A stretch of DNA of 64,000 bases from Candidatus Velthaea sp. (GCA_965214935.1 CBDCCS010000016.1:184569-248568), one strand, 5' to 3'; counted from the stretch's first letter, positions 9,533-20,328 are shown. Notes: a model not told the origin generated them from the sequence alone. Translations and numbers: made by a program.

Positions 9533-10939
9533 CTAACGCGGCGGCGACTCGAGCAGCGCGGGATAGGCCAAGTGGAACGCCGTTCGCTGTTGCAGGCGTT
9601 TGCCGATCTGCAGCAGCTTTGCTTCGCCGAACGCATTGCCTAAGAATGCGACTCCCGACGGTAAGCCCCGTTCGGCCAGCCCGTTGGGAACCGTGAGCGC
9701 CGGCAAACCCGCAAGGTTGCCCGACGAAATGAGATCGGGGCCGCCGGAAAACTCCGTATAGACGCTGTCGAACGGAACACCGACCGGCAGCGCGACGGTC
9801 GGAAGCGTCGGCGAAACGATTGCATCGTAGCGGCCGAATGCCGCCTGCATATCGGCGATCATGAAAACGCGCTGCCGCATGGCATCGATGTAGTCGATCG
9901 CCGGCGTCGCATACGCCGCGTAACCGCCGAGCCGATCGTCTTTCTGTTGCAGTTCGCGCGACTTACCGCTCTCGATGAGGTCGCGGAACGCAGCGGCGCC
10001 CTCGCCGTTGACGATCGTTCCGACGGCCGCCCCGTATGGGTGCGGCGGCAACGCGACGCCGGAATCGATGTCGCAGAATTCGGCCAGCACCTTGAGCGAA
10101 GCGTTGAAGTTACGGACGACGCCGGGCATCGACTTCGCCGTTGCGTCTTTGACGACGGCGATTCGCGGACGTCGTGAGGTGGCGGTCAACGGCCGGTCGA
10201 CTGAGCTGGGATCGTTCGGATCGGCGCCGGCAATCGTGTCGAGAATGACCCGCGCGTCGCGTGCACTGCGCGCGATCGGTCCTAACTTATCGAGCGTCCA
10301 GCATAATGCCATTGCGCCATGGCGGCTGACGCGACCGTAGGTCGGCCGCAATCCGGTGACTCCGCACGATGCCGACGGATTGAGGATCGAGCCCGAGGTC
10401 TCAGAACCGATGGCAAAGCCGACGAGTCCGGCGCTAACGGCGGCACACGAACCGCTCGACGAACCGCCGCTCCAGAAATGCCAATCCCACGGCGTCCGCC
10501 CGGGGCCCGTAAACGACGCGTCCGCATCGTTGTATCCGAAGCCGCCGGCCAGTTCGACCATTGCAAGTTTCGCGGTCAAGACGGCGCCGGCGGCGCTGAG
10601 CTTCGCAACGACGGTCGCATCGAAATCGAAGTGCTGATGCCGAAACGGAGCCGCGCCCCAGGTCGTCGGTGCATCGGGTGTCGCCAGCAGATCCTTGACA
10701 CCATACGGGATCCCGTGCAGCGGGCCGCGCACAAGACCGCGGCTGCGTTCGCGGTCGGCACGGCGCGCTTCTCTGAGTGCACGTTCGTGCACGATGCTGA
10801 CGACGGCACCGTACACATGACCGTAACGCTCGAGCCGGTCGATATACAGTTCGGTCAGTTCGACCGACGACAACGACTTCGCACGGAGCAATGCTTGCAG
10901 CGCGGACGCATCGGAGAACGCAATGTCGTGCGGCGTCAC
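9533..10939 (-). CDS. Amidase signature family enzyme (GatA/AtzE-like)
   Basis: GPLHGIPYGVKDL, SGGSSSGS and GSETSGSI give the Ser-cisSer-Lys triad. No signal peptide. Confidence 0.92.
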   Translation of the reverse strand: MTPHDIAFSDASALQALLRAKSLSSVELTELYIDRLERYGHVYGAVVSIVHERALREARRADRERSRGLVRGPLHGIPYGVKDLLATPDAPTTWGAAPFRHQHFDFDATVVAKLSAAGAVLTAKLAMVELAGGFGYNDADASFTGPGRTPWDWHFWSGGSSSGSCAAVSAGLVGFAIGSETSGSILNPSASCGVTGLRPTYGRVSRHGAMALCWTLDKLGPIARSARDARVILDTIAGADPNDPSSVDRPLTATSRRPRIAVVKDATAKSMPGVVRNFNASLKVLAEFCDIDSGVALPPHPYGAAVGTIVNGEGAAAFRDLIESGKSRELQQKDDRLGGYAAYATPAIDYIDAMRQRVFMIADMQAAFGRYDAIVSPTLPTVALPVGVPFDSVYTEFSGGPDLISSGNLAGLPALTVPNGLAERGLPSGVAFLGNAFGEAKLLQIGKRLQQRTAFHLAYPALLESPPR

Positions 10940-11268
10940 CGCTCTTTGCTACTGCTCCGGCCGGCAGCAAAGCGCGTTACCGGTTCGTCCGAATTGCGCA
11001 GCCGTTTGTGTTTTGGATTGAGTTGCAGAGTCGCGCCTGCGTTTGCATCGATCGTTCGCGCGATCGTCGCAATCTCAGCATCGCTGAGCGCCGCATCGAA
11101 CGTGCGGAAGTTTTCCGCCGTCGCTCGCGCAGCCGCCGACGGCGCGGGTATCGCTGCCACTTGTATCGCTGCGCCTGTTGAGGGTCCGGCTTCAATCGCC
11201 TTGGGCATGCACACCGCTGCGCTGGTCAGCGCAGTCACGGCAGTAATGAACGTGCGGCGGCTTTTCAT
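10936..11268 (-). CDS. Small Tat-signal protein, probable amidase partner
   Basis: MKSRRTFI twin-arginine motif, hydrophobic stretch and AIEA cleavage-like site. Its stop overlaps the amidase start (GTGA). Confidence 0.75.
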   Translation of the reverse strand: MKSRRTFITAVTALTSAAVCMPKAIEAGPSTGAAIQVAAIPAPSAAARATAENFRTFDAALSDAEIATIARTIDANAGATLQLNPKHKRLRNSDEPVTRFAAGRSSSKER

Positions 11269-11319
11269 GGCGCGCGTGTTGGCGGAGCACGGCGGCGTTC
11301 CTCCGAAGCAGAAGATAGA

Positions 11320-11970
11320 ATGAGAGTCGTTGCAATGTTGCTCGCAGCATGCTTGATGCCTGTCGGTATGACGTTGCGTGCCGGCGCGCAAGCAAACAGT
11401 GCATGCCCCGCGACGCCGGCGAAAATCTTGGGCGATCCGCGACTCATTCTGCCGGACGACGCGAAAATTACGGCGACGCGCCTCGGCTTCGAGATCGATG
11501 TCGGAAGCGACGGCCGCGTTCGCGGCATACACACGATCGCAAGTTCGGGCGACGCAAATGTCGATTTGACGGCGCGCCAACTGTTGCAGGCCGCATCGTA
11601 CCAGCCCGCGCAAACCGGCTGCGTTGCGTATAGCGGCGGGCTGATACAGAACTACCATTTGTCCGCCGGTGCAGCAGACCGGCCCGTGCCGTTACCGGCT
11701 GCGCTCGACCGCACATGCACGCCGTTCATCACCGCCTTTCTCACACCGCACGCACGCGACCGCAAACGAACCGGCACGGCAATCGTTGCCGTCGGGTTGG
11801 ACGCTGCAGCGACACTGCAAACATCACCGGTTCTGCGCAAAAGTGCCGGCTCGGCGAGCCTCGACAACGAAGCGCTGCGCATGGCAGCCGCCGGTCACTA
11901 CCGTTTCTTACAAGGCAGTGCGTGCACGCCGCAAGCCTTTACCGAATCGCTCGAAATTACGTTTCAGTAA
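11320..11970 (+). CDS. Secreted protein with two TonB C-terminal-like domains
   Basis: Signal peptide; IDVGSDGRV...SSGDANVDLTARQ and VGLDAAA...SAGSASLDNEALRMA resemble TonB_C. Confidence 0.7.
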   Translation: MRVVAMLLAACLMPVGMTLRAGAQANSACPATPAKILGDPRLILPDDAKITATRLGFEIDVGSDGRVRGIHTIASSGDANVDLTARQLLQAASYQPAQTGCVAYSGGLIQNYHLSAGAADRPVPLPAALDRTCTPFITAFLTPHARDRKRTGTAIVAVGLDAAATLQTSPVLRKSAGSASLDNEALRMAAAGHYRFLQGSACTPQAFTESLEITFQ

Positions 11971-11975
11971 CGGAC

Positions 11976-13685
11976 TTACACTTCCATGACGACGGGGATG
12001 ACGATCGGCTTACGCCGCGACTTTTCAAAAATTGCTTTCGATAAGCCGTTGCGAATGTGATCTTTGACCGTACCGACGTCGCGTATCCCTTCGACCGAAC
12101 AATCGTCGAGAATTTGCGTGAGCTTGGCTTTGAGTTCATCCATTACGCCGCCCGAATCGGGTAGATAAAAGACGCCGCGCGACACGAGATCCGGTCCGGC
12201 CACCACGCGCGCTTCTTCGGCGTCGACGGTGACCACGACCATCATGATGCCGTCGCCGGCGAGATGCTTGCGGTCGCGCAAAATGGCATCGCCGACGTCG
12301 CCGACGCCGGAGCCGTCCACCATCACGTTACCACCATAGGTTCGGCCGATCTTATCGGCCGTTTCCTTGGTGAATTGAATGACGTCGCCGTTTTCAATAA
12401 CGAAAACGTTGTCGCCCGGGACGCCGGTTTGACGCGCTAAATGACCGTGCGTCACAAGCATCCGGTACTCGCCGTGAACCGGAATGAAATAGTCCGGCCG
12501 GACCAGGTTGAGCATGAGCAGCAGTTCTTCTTGGGATGCATGGCCCGAAACATGCGCCATTCCGGTCGAGCCGTGAATGACCGTTGCGCCCAATCGATAG
12601 AGATTGTTGATCGTTTTTGAGACGCTTTTTTCGTTACCGGGAATCGGCGTGGCGCTAATGACGACGGTATCGCCGGGTACGATGCGCAGCTTCTTATGAT
12701 CGCGCACCGACAAGCGCGTAAGCGCCGACATCGGCTCGCCTTGCGAACCGGTCGTCATGACCACGACTTGCTCGGCCGGAAAATCGTCGACCTGTTCGAG
12801 CCGGATGATCATGCCGGGCGGAATATCGAGGTATCCGAGTTCGGTCGAGAAGTGAACGACGTTCGAGAGCGAGCGGCCCAAGAATGCAACTTTGCGTCCG
12901 AAACGCTGCGCTTGATCGACGACCTGTTGAATGCGCGGCACGTTGGAGGCAAACGACGTAACGATCAGCCGGCCTTTGGCACGTGCAAAGATATTGGCGA
13001 ACGCTTCGCCGACGATGCGTTCGGATAACGTGTGACCCGGGCGTTCGGCATTGGTCGAATCGGCCAGCATGCACAGCACGCCCTCTTGTCCGACGCGTGC
13101 GATCGACGCGAAGTCGGCCGGTTTGCCGTCGATCGGCGTTTGATCGAATTTGAAATCGCCGGTATGAAAGATCGTGCCGGTCGGCGTTCGGATCGCGAGC
13201 GCACATGCACCGGCCAAACTATGATTGATGTGAATGAACTGCGTTTCGATCCCGCCGTACGCGACTTTGTCACCGGGCTGAACGCTCACCAGATTGAGTT
13301 CAGCGGGTTTGTGCTCGCGCAGCTTCGCCCGAATGAGGGCCAGCGTGAGCGGCGTACCGACGACCGGGACGCTGAACTCGCGCAGCAAGTAGGGGATGCC
13401 GCCGATGTGATCTTCGTGTCCGTGCGTCACGAGCAGCGCGCGAAACTTCGGCGCGCGTTCGCGCAAATAAGAAAAATCGTTGATGACGATATCGACGCCG
13501 AACATCTCGTCGTCGGGGAACATCAAGCCGCAATCGACGACGACGAGATCGTCGTTGGTTTCAATGACGGTCATGTTGCGCCCGATCTCACCGCAGCCGC
13601 CGAGCGGGATGATGCGGAGATAGGGCTCTTCGGGAGGCGGCGGAACGACGAGAGTATCGGGGTACGACTGACCGCTAGATTGCAA
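11976..13685 (-). CDS. rnj: Ribonuclease J
   Basis: IIPLGGCGEIGRNM, THGHEDHIG, TGDFKFDQTP, HVSGHASQEE and PIVIPVVMEV. Confidence 0.96.
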   Translation of the reverse strand: MQSSGQSYPDTLVVPPPPEEPYLRIIPLGGCGEIGRNMTVIETNDDLVVVDCGLMFPDDEMFGVDIVINDFSYLRERAPKFRALLVTHGHEDHIGGIPYLLREFSVPVVGTPLTLALIRAKLREHKPAELNLVSVQPGDKVAYGGIETQFIHINHSLAGACALAIRTPTGTIFHTGDFKFDQTPIDGKPADFASIARVGQEGVLCMLADSTNAERPGHTLSERIVGEAFANIFARAKGRLIVTSFASNVPRIQQVVDQAQRFGRKVAFLGRSLSNVVHFSTELGYLDIPPGMIIRLEQVDDFPAEQVVVMTTGSQGEPMSALTRLSVRDHKKLRIVPGDTVVISATPIPGNEKSVSKTINNLYRLGATVIHGSTGMAHVSGHASQEELLLMLNLVRPDYFIPVHGEYRMLVTHGHLARQTGVPGDNVFVIENGDVIQFTKETADKIGRTYGGNVMVDGSGVGDVGDAILRDRKHLAGDGIMMVVVTVDAEEARVVAGPDLVSRGVFYLPDSGGVMDELKAKLTQILDDCSVEGIRDVGTVKDHIRNGLSKAIFEKSRRKPIVIPVVMEV

Positions 13686-13731
13686 AATACCGTCCTTGAT
13701 GTGCGCCCGGCCGCGCGTGATCGTAAGCCGT

Positions 13732-14052
13732 ATGAGTTTGACCGCCGTGCGGCTAGTGCCCGCTTTTTTACTTGGAATCGTACTTTCGGCGGCTTCGCCG
13801 GCGATTTATGCCGCCGAGCGGCAAAAACCGGTCCACCCGCACCGACACCTTGGGACATCGGCCGAGCGGCTCGGTTTGTACTCGGCACGCGTCCGGCGGT
13901 CGACCTTGATGTATTTGCGGTTGCGCTTGCTCGAATTGCACGAACAAGGACTCGATCGTGCGCGTGCAGCGGTCGAACGCCGTATGAGTGTCGACGAACT
14001 AATTTACGGCCCGGTGCCGCCGCCGGTGCCCGGCACGCCGCGGGGGCGCTAA
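13732..14052 (+). CDS. Small secreted hypothetical protein
   Basis: Signal-peptide-like N-terminus (MSLTAVRLVPAFLLGIVLSAASPA) and Pro-rich C-terminus. It fills the gap divergent from rnj. Confidence 0.5.
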   Translation: MSLTAVRLVPAFLLGIVLSAASPAIYAAERQKPVHPHRHLGTSAERLGLYSARVRRSTLMYLRLRLLELHEQGLDRARAAVERRMSVDELIYGPVPPPVPGTPRGR

Positions 14053-14234
14053 CACGGACGCCGGTTCGGCCGGTCCGCTTGGTTGCAACGCAACGTTCAG
14101 GACATCCGGCCGACGAAGCGTTACTTGAATTCAGGGCGAACGTCGGTCTGGCTCGTTTTGCGGAGGTCTTCAAATGGAATCTTTGACACGCGCGTCATCG
14201 GCTGCAAGCAGCCGGTGCCTCAATCGCGCACGTT

Positions 14235-15656
14235 TTGTCGGCTCAACGCGTCTTTGCTGACGTGCATGTAAGGCTTGTAACCGTGCTTCTGGCGGCGAGC
14301 TTCATGCCGGCGCGTGCCGGGTCGGCGGCTCAAGACCGACCGCTCGAACTGCGTGAGGCGGTCCAATATGCCTTCGATCATAGCACGACCATTGCGGATC
14401 GCCGGGTGACGCTGGAAAACGACGAGGCCCAGTATGCCCGGGATCATGCCGATGAATATCCGCCCGTGACCGGCTTGCTGCAAAATCAACTGCTCAAACA
14501 GTCCAACGCATCGTCCGGTTCGCTCGCGCAATATGGTATCGTGCCGGCGCAATCGGTTGCATTTTCGCAAAACACCGCCCAAATCGGTTCGCAATGGACG
14601 ATTTACAACGGCTCGTACAACCAACTCTTGAGCCAGCGCGCGAAGCGTCAAGTCGAAACCGATCGGGCGAATCTGCGGCGCGCGCAACAACAGCTCGTCG
14701 GCGATGTGACCAACGCCTACTTCACCGTTGACACTCGGCGCGAAAGCGTCCGTCTGGACGACGTGGATCAACGCTATCAAGATGCGCTGCTCGACGTTGC
14801 TCGCAACAACGAACGGGTCGGCCGGGCAGCGGGCGTCGACGTGTTGCGTGCGCGCGTCAATGCGCTGCGCGCCCAAGCGGCACTTGCCAGCGCGCAATCC
14901 GATGAAGCTACCGCACGCGAGACGCTGGCACAAACGATCGGCGCACCGCCCGACACAGCGTTCGCCTTTAACGCCGAAGTGCCCGAACCGGCAGTCACCA
15001 CACAGCCCCTTGCCACGCTCGTCGCGACGGCCGAAACGAGCCGGCCGGATATCGCGGGCGCAACGGCAGCCCTGGCGAACGCGCGTCTATCGAATTCGAT
15101 TATCGACACGGACCGCTTGCCGACGCTGGCGGTAAACGCCGCGTTCGGCAATCAATTCGTGCCGACCCAAGCCGCGACGATCAATCCGTTCAACGGCCAG
15201 ACGTTGCCGCTCGGCACGCGCGGAAATCCCGGCTTTTGGCAAATCGGCGCAACCGAAACGCTGCAACTCGGCTTGATCGACTACGGTGCGCGGCACGCGC
15301 AGCATCGCGCCGCGCGTCAAGCGATCGACTCGGCTCAGGCGACGCTCGACACCGCGCGCTATGCCGTCGAGTCAGAGGTGCGGCAAGCTCTGCGCGGCGC
15401 CCAGACCGCGTCGTCGAACCTCGCCATCAACAAATCTGCGTCGGCGCTCGGCGCCGAGTCGGCGCGCATCGCCCAACTGCAATATAAGAATGGCTTGATA
15501 AGCTTGACCGACGCAACGCAAGCCGAACGCGATAATCTTTCCGCCCAGAACGACCTTGTCAACGCACGCGTAACGTACATCGAGGCGATCGTGCGCCTGC
15601 GCGTGTCGATCGGAACGGGCGACCCGGTCGCGATCGTCGATTTCCGAAACCCATGA
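14235..15656 (+). CDS. TolC family outer membrane efflux protein (start uncertain; GTG 14262 possible)
   Basis: Signal peptide, LELREAVQYA and two OEP-like helical repeats (QYKNGLISLTD). First gene of the exporter operon. Confidence 0.88.
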   Translation: MSAQRVFADVHVRLVTVLLAASFMPARAGSAAQDRPLELREAVQYAFDHSTTIADRRVTLENDEAQYARDHADEYPPVTGLLQNQLLKQSNASSGSLAQYGIVPAQSVAFSQNTAQIGSQWTIYNGSYNQLLSQRAKRQVETDRANLRRAQQQLVGDVTNAYFTVDTRRESVRLDDVDQRYQDALLDVARNNERVGRAAGVDVLRARVNALRAQAALASAQSDEATARETLAQTIGAPPDTAFAFNAEVPEPAVTTQPLATLVATAETSRPDIAGATAALANARLSNSIIDTDRLPTLAVNAAFGNQFVPTQAATINPFNGQTLPLGTRGNPGFWQIGATETLQLGLIDYGARHAQHRAARQAIDSAQATLDTARYAVESEVRQALRGAQTASSNLAINKSASALGAESARIAQLQYKNGLISLTDATQAERDNLSAQNDLVNARVTYIEAIVRLRVSIGTGDPVAIVDFRNP

Positions 15657-17212
15657 AACGCCGGAACGTCGTCCTGCTCGTCGCCGGAATTATTGCGGTC
15701 GTCGCGATCGGCGCGTTTGCGGCCGGCCGGCCTAGAAACGCAGCGGTCGCAGCCAAACTCGTCACGGTCGGCTACGGACACTTTGTGACGCGCCTGCCCG
15801 AAACGGGCGTCGTGCAACGCCCGCAAACAGAGACACTTTCATCCGTCGTTCCCGGTGACATCGCCCGAGTGCTGGTAAGCCCCGGCGATCGCGTTCGGAG
15901 CGGCGAGGTGCTCGTCGAGTTGGCAAATCCGCAGTTGCTCAGCAGTGCCGCCGGAGCGCAAGCCGCCTACGAAGCGGCAACCGGACGCACATCGTCGGCC
16001 GTTGAAACCAATGCCGTTCTGCCGGCGCAGAATCAATCGAACGTCGTGCAAGCTGAATTCAATCTCGAACAAGCGCGCTCCAATCTTAATGCCGCGCTTG
16101 CCGACCAAAAGAACGGTGCGCAATCGGGTCTCGGTTACGGCAGTTCGACCGCCGCCTCGCAGCGAGTTGCGGCCGACGCCAATGTTGCGAACGCGCAAAC
16201 GACGTTGCGCGAAGCGCAACGCATCTACGATGCCGACACGGATCTGTTTGCCAACAAAGCCATCTCTGCCGATGCCTTGAGCCAACAATCGGCGCGGCTC
16301 GCTCAAGCAAAAATCGCAGCCGATCAAGCCCGCCGTCAACGCTCGGACACGTATTCGCAATTGCAACAGAACGTGTCTGTGCTGACGGATCGCGTTCGCG
16401 CGACCCGCGATGCCGTACGGCAGGCGGACGCGGCACTTGCCGCGGCAAAACTCCAGGCGCGTGAAAATAAGTCCGGCGACGTAGTCGCGGCGCGCGGCGA
16501 TGCTGCCGCCCGGCTCAACGACGTGCAATACGCGCGCGATCAAGTCGCGCGGCTTACGATCCGCGCGCCGTTTGCTGGCATCGTCCAAACGATCGCGACG
16601 CAGAGTTCCGACTCGCTTCGGCCGCTTGGGCCCGGTGACGAAGTAACGGCGGGTCAACCGGTCCTGACGCTCGCCGCCGATGCCGGTTTTATCGTACGCG
16701 CACGCGTCGACGAGCAAGACATCGCGCAGGTTCGGCTCGGCAACGCGGCCCGAATCAGCGGCGAAGATTTCGGGGACCGGACGCTGACCGGACGGGTTGT
16801 CGCGATCGGCCAAGTCGCGCAAAAAAGCGACGATCCGGCAAACACATCGCGTCAGATCATTACGACGATCAAACTCAATGCGTCGTTGCCGTATTTGCGC
16901 GACGGCATGAATGTCGATGTCGATATTATCACGGCAGACCGGCCGCACGTGCTCGTCATTGCAAGTGACGCCGTCCGCCGGGACGGCGGCAAACCCTATG
17001 TTTTCATCGTCCGTCCGGCCGACGGACGCGCGTCGAAAACGCCCGTGACGCTCGGAGCGGCCAATGACACGCAAACGATCGTCGCCGGCGGAATTAGGCC
17101 CGGGCAAACGGTTGTCGCCGATTCGAACGCGGCGATCGTCGAGGGCACGACGGTGAAGCCGGCGCCGGATACGGCCGCCGCAACTGCCGGTTCGAGCGGC
17201 AACGGCGCGTGA
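15653..17212 (+). CDS. Efflux periplasmic adaptor subunit (MacA/HlyD family)
   Basis: N-terminal TM anchor, VLVSPGDRVRSGEVL, long coiled coil, IRAPFAGIV and LRDGMNVDV. Confidence 0.9.
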   Translation: MKRRNVVLLVAGIIAVVAIGAFAAGRPRNAAVAAKLVTVGYGHFVTRLPETGVVQRPQTETLSSVVPGDIARVLVSPGDRVRSGEVLVELANPQLLSSAAGAQAAYEAATGRTSSAVETNAVLPAQNQSNVVQAEFNLEQARSNLNAALADQKNGAQSGLGYGSSTAASQRVAADANVANAQTTLREAQRIYDADTDLFANKAISADALSQQSARLAQAKIAADQARRQRSDTYSQLQQNVSVLTDRVRATRDAVRQADAALAAAKLQARENKSGDVVAARGDAAARLNDVQYARDQVARLTIRAPFAGIVQTIATQSSDSLRPLGPGDEVTAGQPVLTLAADAGFIVRARVDEQDIAQVRLGNAARISGEDFGDRTLTGRVVAIGQVAQKSDDPANTSRQIITTIKLNASLPYLRDGMNVDVDIITADRPHVLVIASDAVRRDGGKPYVFIVRPADGRASKTPVTLGAANDTQTIVAGGIRPGQTVVADSNAAIVEGTTVKPAPDTAAATAGSSGNGA

Positions 17213-18401
17213 CGCGGCTCGGCGCCTATGTCACCGAAGCCCTCGAGGCGATCTGGCGTAACCGGACACGCTCGCTGCTAACGATGCTCGGCATGATCAT
17301 CGGCACAGCCTCGATCATCGCAGTGCTGGGCGTGAGCAAAGCCGCATCGGGCGGGATCACGTCGACCTTGGCAGCCTTCGGAAATCCGGGCATCTCGCTC
17401 AGCGTCGATCCGGATGGACCGAATCCGCTCGCCGCCGCAATCGACTTTCGCGACGCTCGCATCATCGACGAGGCGCTGCACTCGAAGATACGACACATCG
17501 AACCGGTCTATCAGCGCCAATTCACGCTGCGCGCCGGGGCCGTCAGTTACTCGACCTTCGGACTTTCCGACAGCGAATATCACCCCGATTCGATCAAGCT
17601 TCTTGCGGGACGACGCATCGACGCCGGCGATCTACGCTCGGGTGCGCACGTTTGCAACGTGACGCGCGCGTTGGCCGTTCGCATGTTCGGCAGTACCGAC
17701 GTCTTGGGCAGCATCCTGCATATCGGCGGCTCGCGGTGTACCGTCGTCGGGATCTACGACGAAATCAAAGGCGGCATTTTGCTTCGGCCGGCGCGAACGA
17801 TTTCTTCACGATGCCCTTTACGATGTTTACCGATCTGACGCCCGGTCCCACCGATGGATTGCTCATTTATGCAGCCGACGGCGTTCGTGTCGCCGAGATA
17901 AGCGACGGCGTCGGTGCCGTTTTACGCCGGCTGCACGGTCCTGCAGCGACGTACGTGACGCAAGATAATAATGCCAGCCTGCAACAGTTCGATACGGTAT
18001 TACGCGTGGTCGCCGACGGTTTAACGGCGATCGGCGGCGTCGCGCTTGTCGTAGCGGGCATCGGGATTATGAACATCATGCTCGTTTCGGTCACCGAGCG
18101 GACGCGCGAGATCGGCTTGCGCAAGTCGATCGGAGCGCGCAATGCCGACATCGCTTTACAGTTTCTGCTTGAGGCGGTGCTGCTTTCGCTAATCGGCGGC
18201 GGAATCGGCACGCTCGTCGGATTTCTGTTTGTCGTCGCCGCGTATTCGGCAGTCGCCTCGTTCGTCGGTCCGGCCCCGATTCCGTACGTGCTGATCATCT
18301 CGGTCGCAGTCGGCTTCTCGACCTTCGTCGGAACGGTGTTCGGAACGTATCCGGCCTTGCGTGCCAGCCGCCTCGATCCGATCGCAGCGCTGCGGTCCTA
18401 G
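17209..18401 (+). pseudogene. MacB/FtsX-type ABC permease, frameshifted at 17777-17780 (probably an assembly error)
   Basis: N-half RSLLTMLGMIIG (17209-) and C-half GIMNIMLVSVTERTREIGLRKSIGA...LDPIAALRS (-18401) are in different frames. One extra T in the T4 run restores GGIFASAGAND. Confidence 0.85.
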
Positions 18402-18410
18402 CTCGCCGGC

Positions 18411-19604
18411 ATGGGACAGTACCTCATCGAAGCATGTAGCGTTTTATGGGCCAATCGCACGCGGTCGTTTCTCACCACGTTAGGCTTGATCATCGGCGTG
18501 ATGGCCGTGATTTCGATTCAAATCCTCGGCGCCGGCATCGCCGGCGCCGTAACCGGCGCCTTGGGTGCGCTCAACGATAAGTCGTTTACGATTTTCCCCA
18601 ACGGGCGGCAAGCCGATTTTACCCGCGCTGCCATTAGCGTCGGCGACATACACCGGGCGGTGCGCAACGTGCCGAATATCGACACCGGAATTCCGCTCGG
18701 AACGACGACGTTGAAAGTACGGCTCGCCGCAAGCCAAGCAAAGTTGCGCATCGGTGCCGAATCCGAACCGCGATTTTTTACCAGTCCGATACGCTTCGGA
18801 AGCGAATTTACGCGCGCTCAGATCGATGCCGGCGCACATCTTTGCATCTTGCTCGATACGGCTTACACGAAGCTCAAACTTGATTCAAACCCGGTCGGTC
18901 GCGCGATCCGCGCCGGCGACCGGCGCTACACGATCGTCGGCGTTCAGGCCAAGACCGTGAGCGGTATTGCTCCGACGGTCGTCGAGGCGGACATCGTCAT
19001 CCCGGCGACGACGTACGAGCGCGATTACGTACGCGGACGGCCGATACTGGGTGCACGTTTTCTGGTTACCGACGGTACGCAGCTCGCCGCAACGGAGCAG
19101 GCGACGCTCGACTATTTCACACGCCGCAAACACGGGCGCGCGCTGTATCAAACGATCGATCGGAAGACGTTTACGACGGCGGTCGACGGCATCTTTGGTG
19201 GAATTACGATCGTCGTCGGACTCATCGGTGCCGTGTCGCTCGTCGTTGCCGGAATCGGCATCTTAAATATCATGCTGGTCTCGGTCGCCGAACGCACGCG
19301 TGAAATCGGACTGCGCAAAGCAATCGGCGCAACCCGCTTTCAAGTCTTGGCGCAGTTCTTCATCGAGGCGTTGCTCCTGTCGTCGATCGGTTGCGCGATC
19401 GGATTGGTGCTTGGCCTGGGGCTCGGCGGAGCCGTTAATGAATTTGCGCTCGTAAAAATTTCCGGCGTCGTGGCACCGATTCCGTGGTTGCGATCGGTGA
19501 TCATCGCAACGAGCTTTGCTACCCTTGTGACACTGGCGTTCGGAACGTATCCGGCGTACCGCGCGGCCGAGCTCGATCCGATCGAAGCCCTGCGCTATGA
19601 ATGA
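18411..19604 (+). CDS. MacB/FtsX-type ABC permease
   Basis: RSFLTTLGLIIG, GILNIMLVSVAERTREIGLRKAIGA and [10 protein letters not shown]. Confidence 0.93.
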   Translation: MGQYLIEACSVLWANRTRSFLTTLGLIIGVMAVISIQILGAGIAGAVTGALGALNDKSFTIFPNGRQADFTRAAISVGDIHRAVRNVPNIDTGIPLGTTTLKVRLAASQAKLRIGAESEPRFFTSPIRFGSEFTRAQIDAGAHLCILLDTAYTKLKLDSNPVGRAIRAGDRRYTIVGVQAKTVSGIAPTVVEADIVIPATTYERDYVRGRPILGARFLVTDGTQLAATEQATLDYFTRRKHGRALYQTIDRKTFTTAVDGIFGGITIVVGLIGAVSLVVAGIGILNIMLVSVAERTREIGLRKAIGATRFQVLAQFFIEALLLSSIGCAIGLVLGLGLGGAVNEFALVKISGVVAPIPWLRSVIIATSFATLVTLAFGTYPAYRAAELDPIEALRYE

Positions 19605-20328
19605 CGTAGCGCGTCCGGTCATTGCGTTGCGCGAAGTAACGAAGACGTACGTTCTGGGCGACATCAGCGTGGCGGCCTTGCGCGGCGTTTCGTTCGACAT
19701 TCCGGCCGGAGATTACGTCGCGATCATGGGTCCGTCGGGTTCCGGCAAATCGACGCTGATGAACACGCTGGGTTGCCTCGACCGTCCGACCAGCGGCAAC
19801 TATGAGCTCGACGGCATCGACGTCGGAACGTTAAGCGATAATGCGCTCGCTGCGATCCGCCTGCGCAAATTGGGGTTCGTCTTCCAAGGCTTCAATCTGC
19901 TCGCGCGAACGTCGGCGCTCAAAAACGTCGCGTTACCGCTGTTTTATGCCGGCGCCTCGTTGCGGCGGCGCAACGCCGCTGCGGCCCTGCGGCTGAGCGA
20001 AGTTGGTTTAGCCGACCGGCTCGATCATAAACCGAACGAGCTGTCGGGCGGCCAGCAGCAGCGCGTCGCCATCGCGCGGGCGCTCGTCAACGATCCGGCG
20101 GTTTTGCTTGCCGACGAGCCGACCGGCAACCTCGACAGTCAAACGAGCGAAGAAATCATGGGTGTCTTCGCGCAGCTCAACGCTGCGGGCCGCACGATCA
20201 TCATGGTCACGCACGATGAAGAAGTCGCCGCTCATGCCGGACGCATCATTCGCGTTCGCGACGGGCTTGTCGTAAGCGACGAGCGCTCCATGGCCGTCCA
20301 ATCCGGTTCGGCCGGGGCCGGCATCTGA
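19597..20328 (+). CDS. ABC transporter ATP-binding protein (MacB/LolD-like)
   Basis: [36 protein letters not shown] and VTHD. Confidence 0.95.
   Translation: MNDVARPVIALREVTKTYVLGDISVAALRGVSFDIPAGDYVAIMGPSGSGKSTLMNTLGCLDRPTSGNYELDGIDVGTLSDNALAAIRLRKLGFVFQGFNLLARTSALKNVALPLFYAGASLRRRNAAAALRLSEVGLADRLDHKPNELSGGQQQRVAIARALVNDPAVLLADEPTGNLDSQTSEEIMGVFAQLNAAGRTIIMVTHDEEVAAHAGRIIRVRDGLVVSDERSMAVQSGSAGAGI

Noticed and set aside
15839..17107. Long antisense ORFs (this one, and e.g. 13032-14186, 10319-11323, 44975-45931)
   Set aside because: Shadow frames of high-GC coding genes with no protein motifs.
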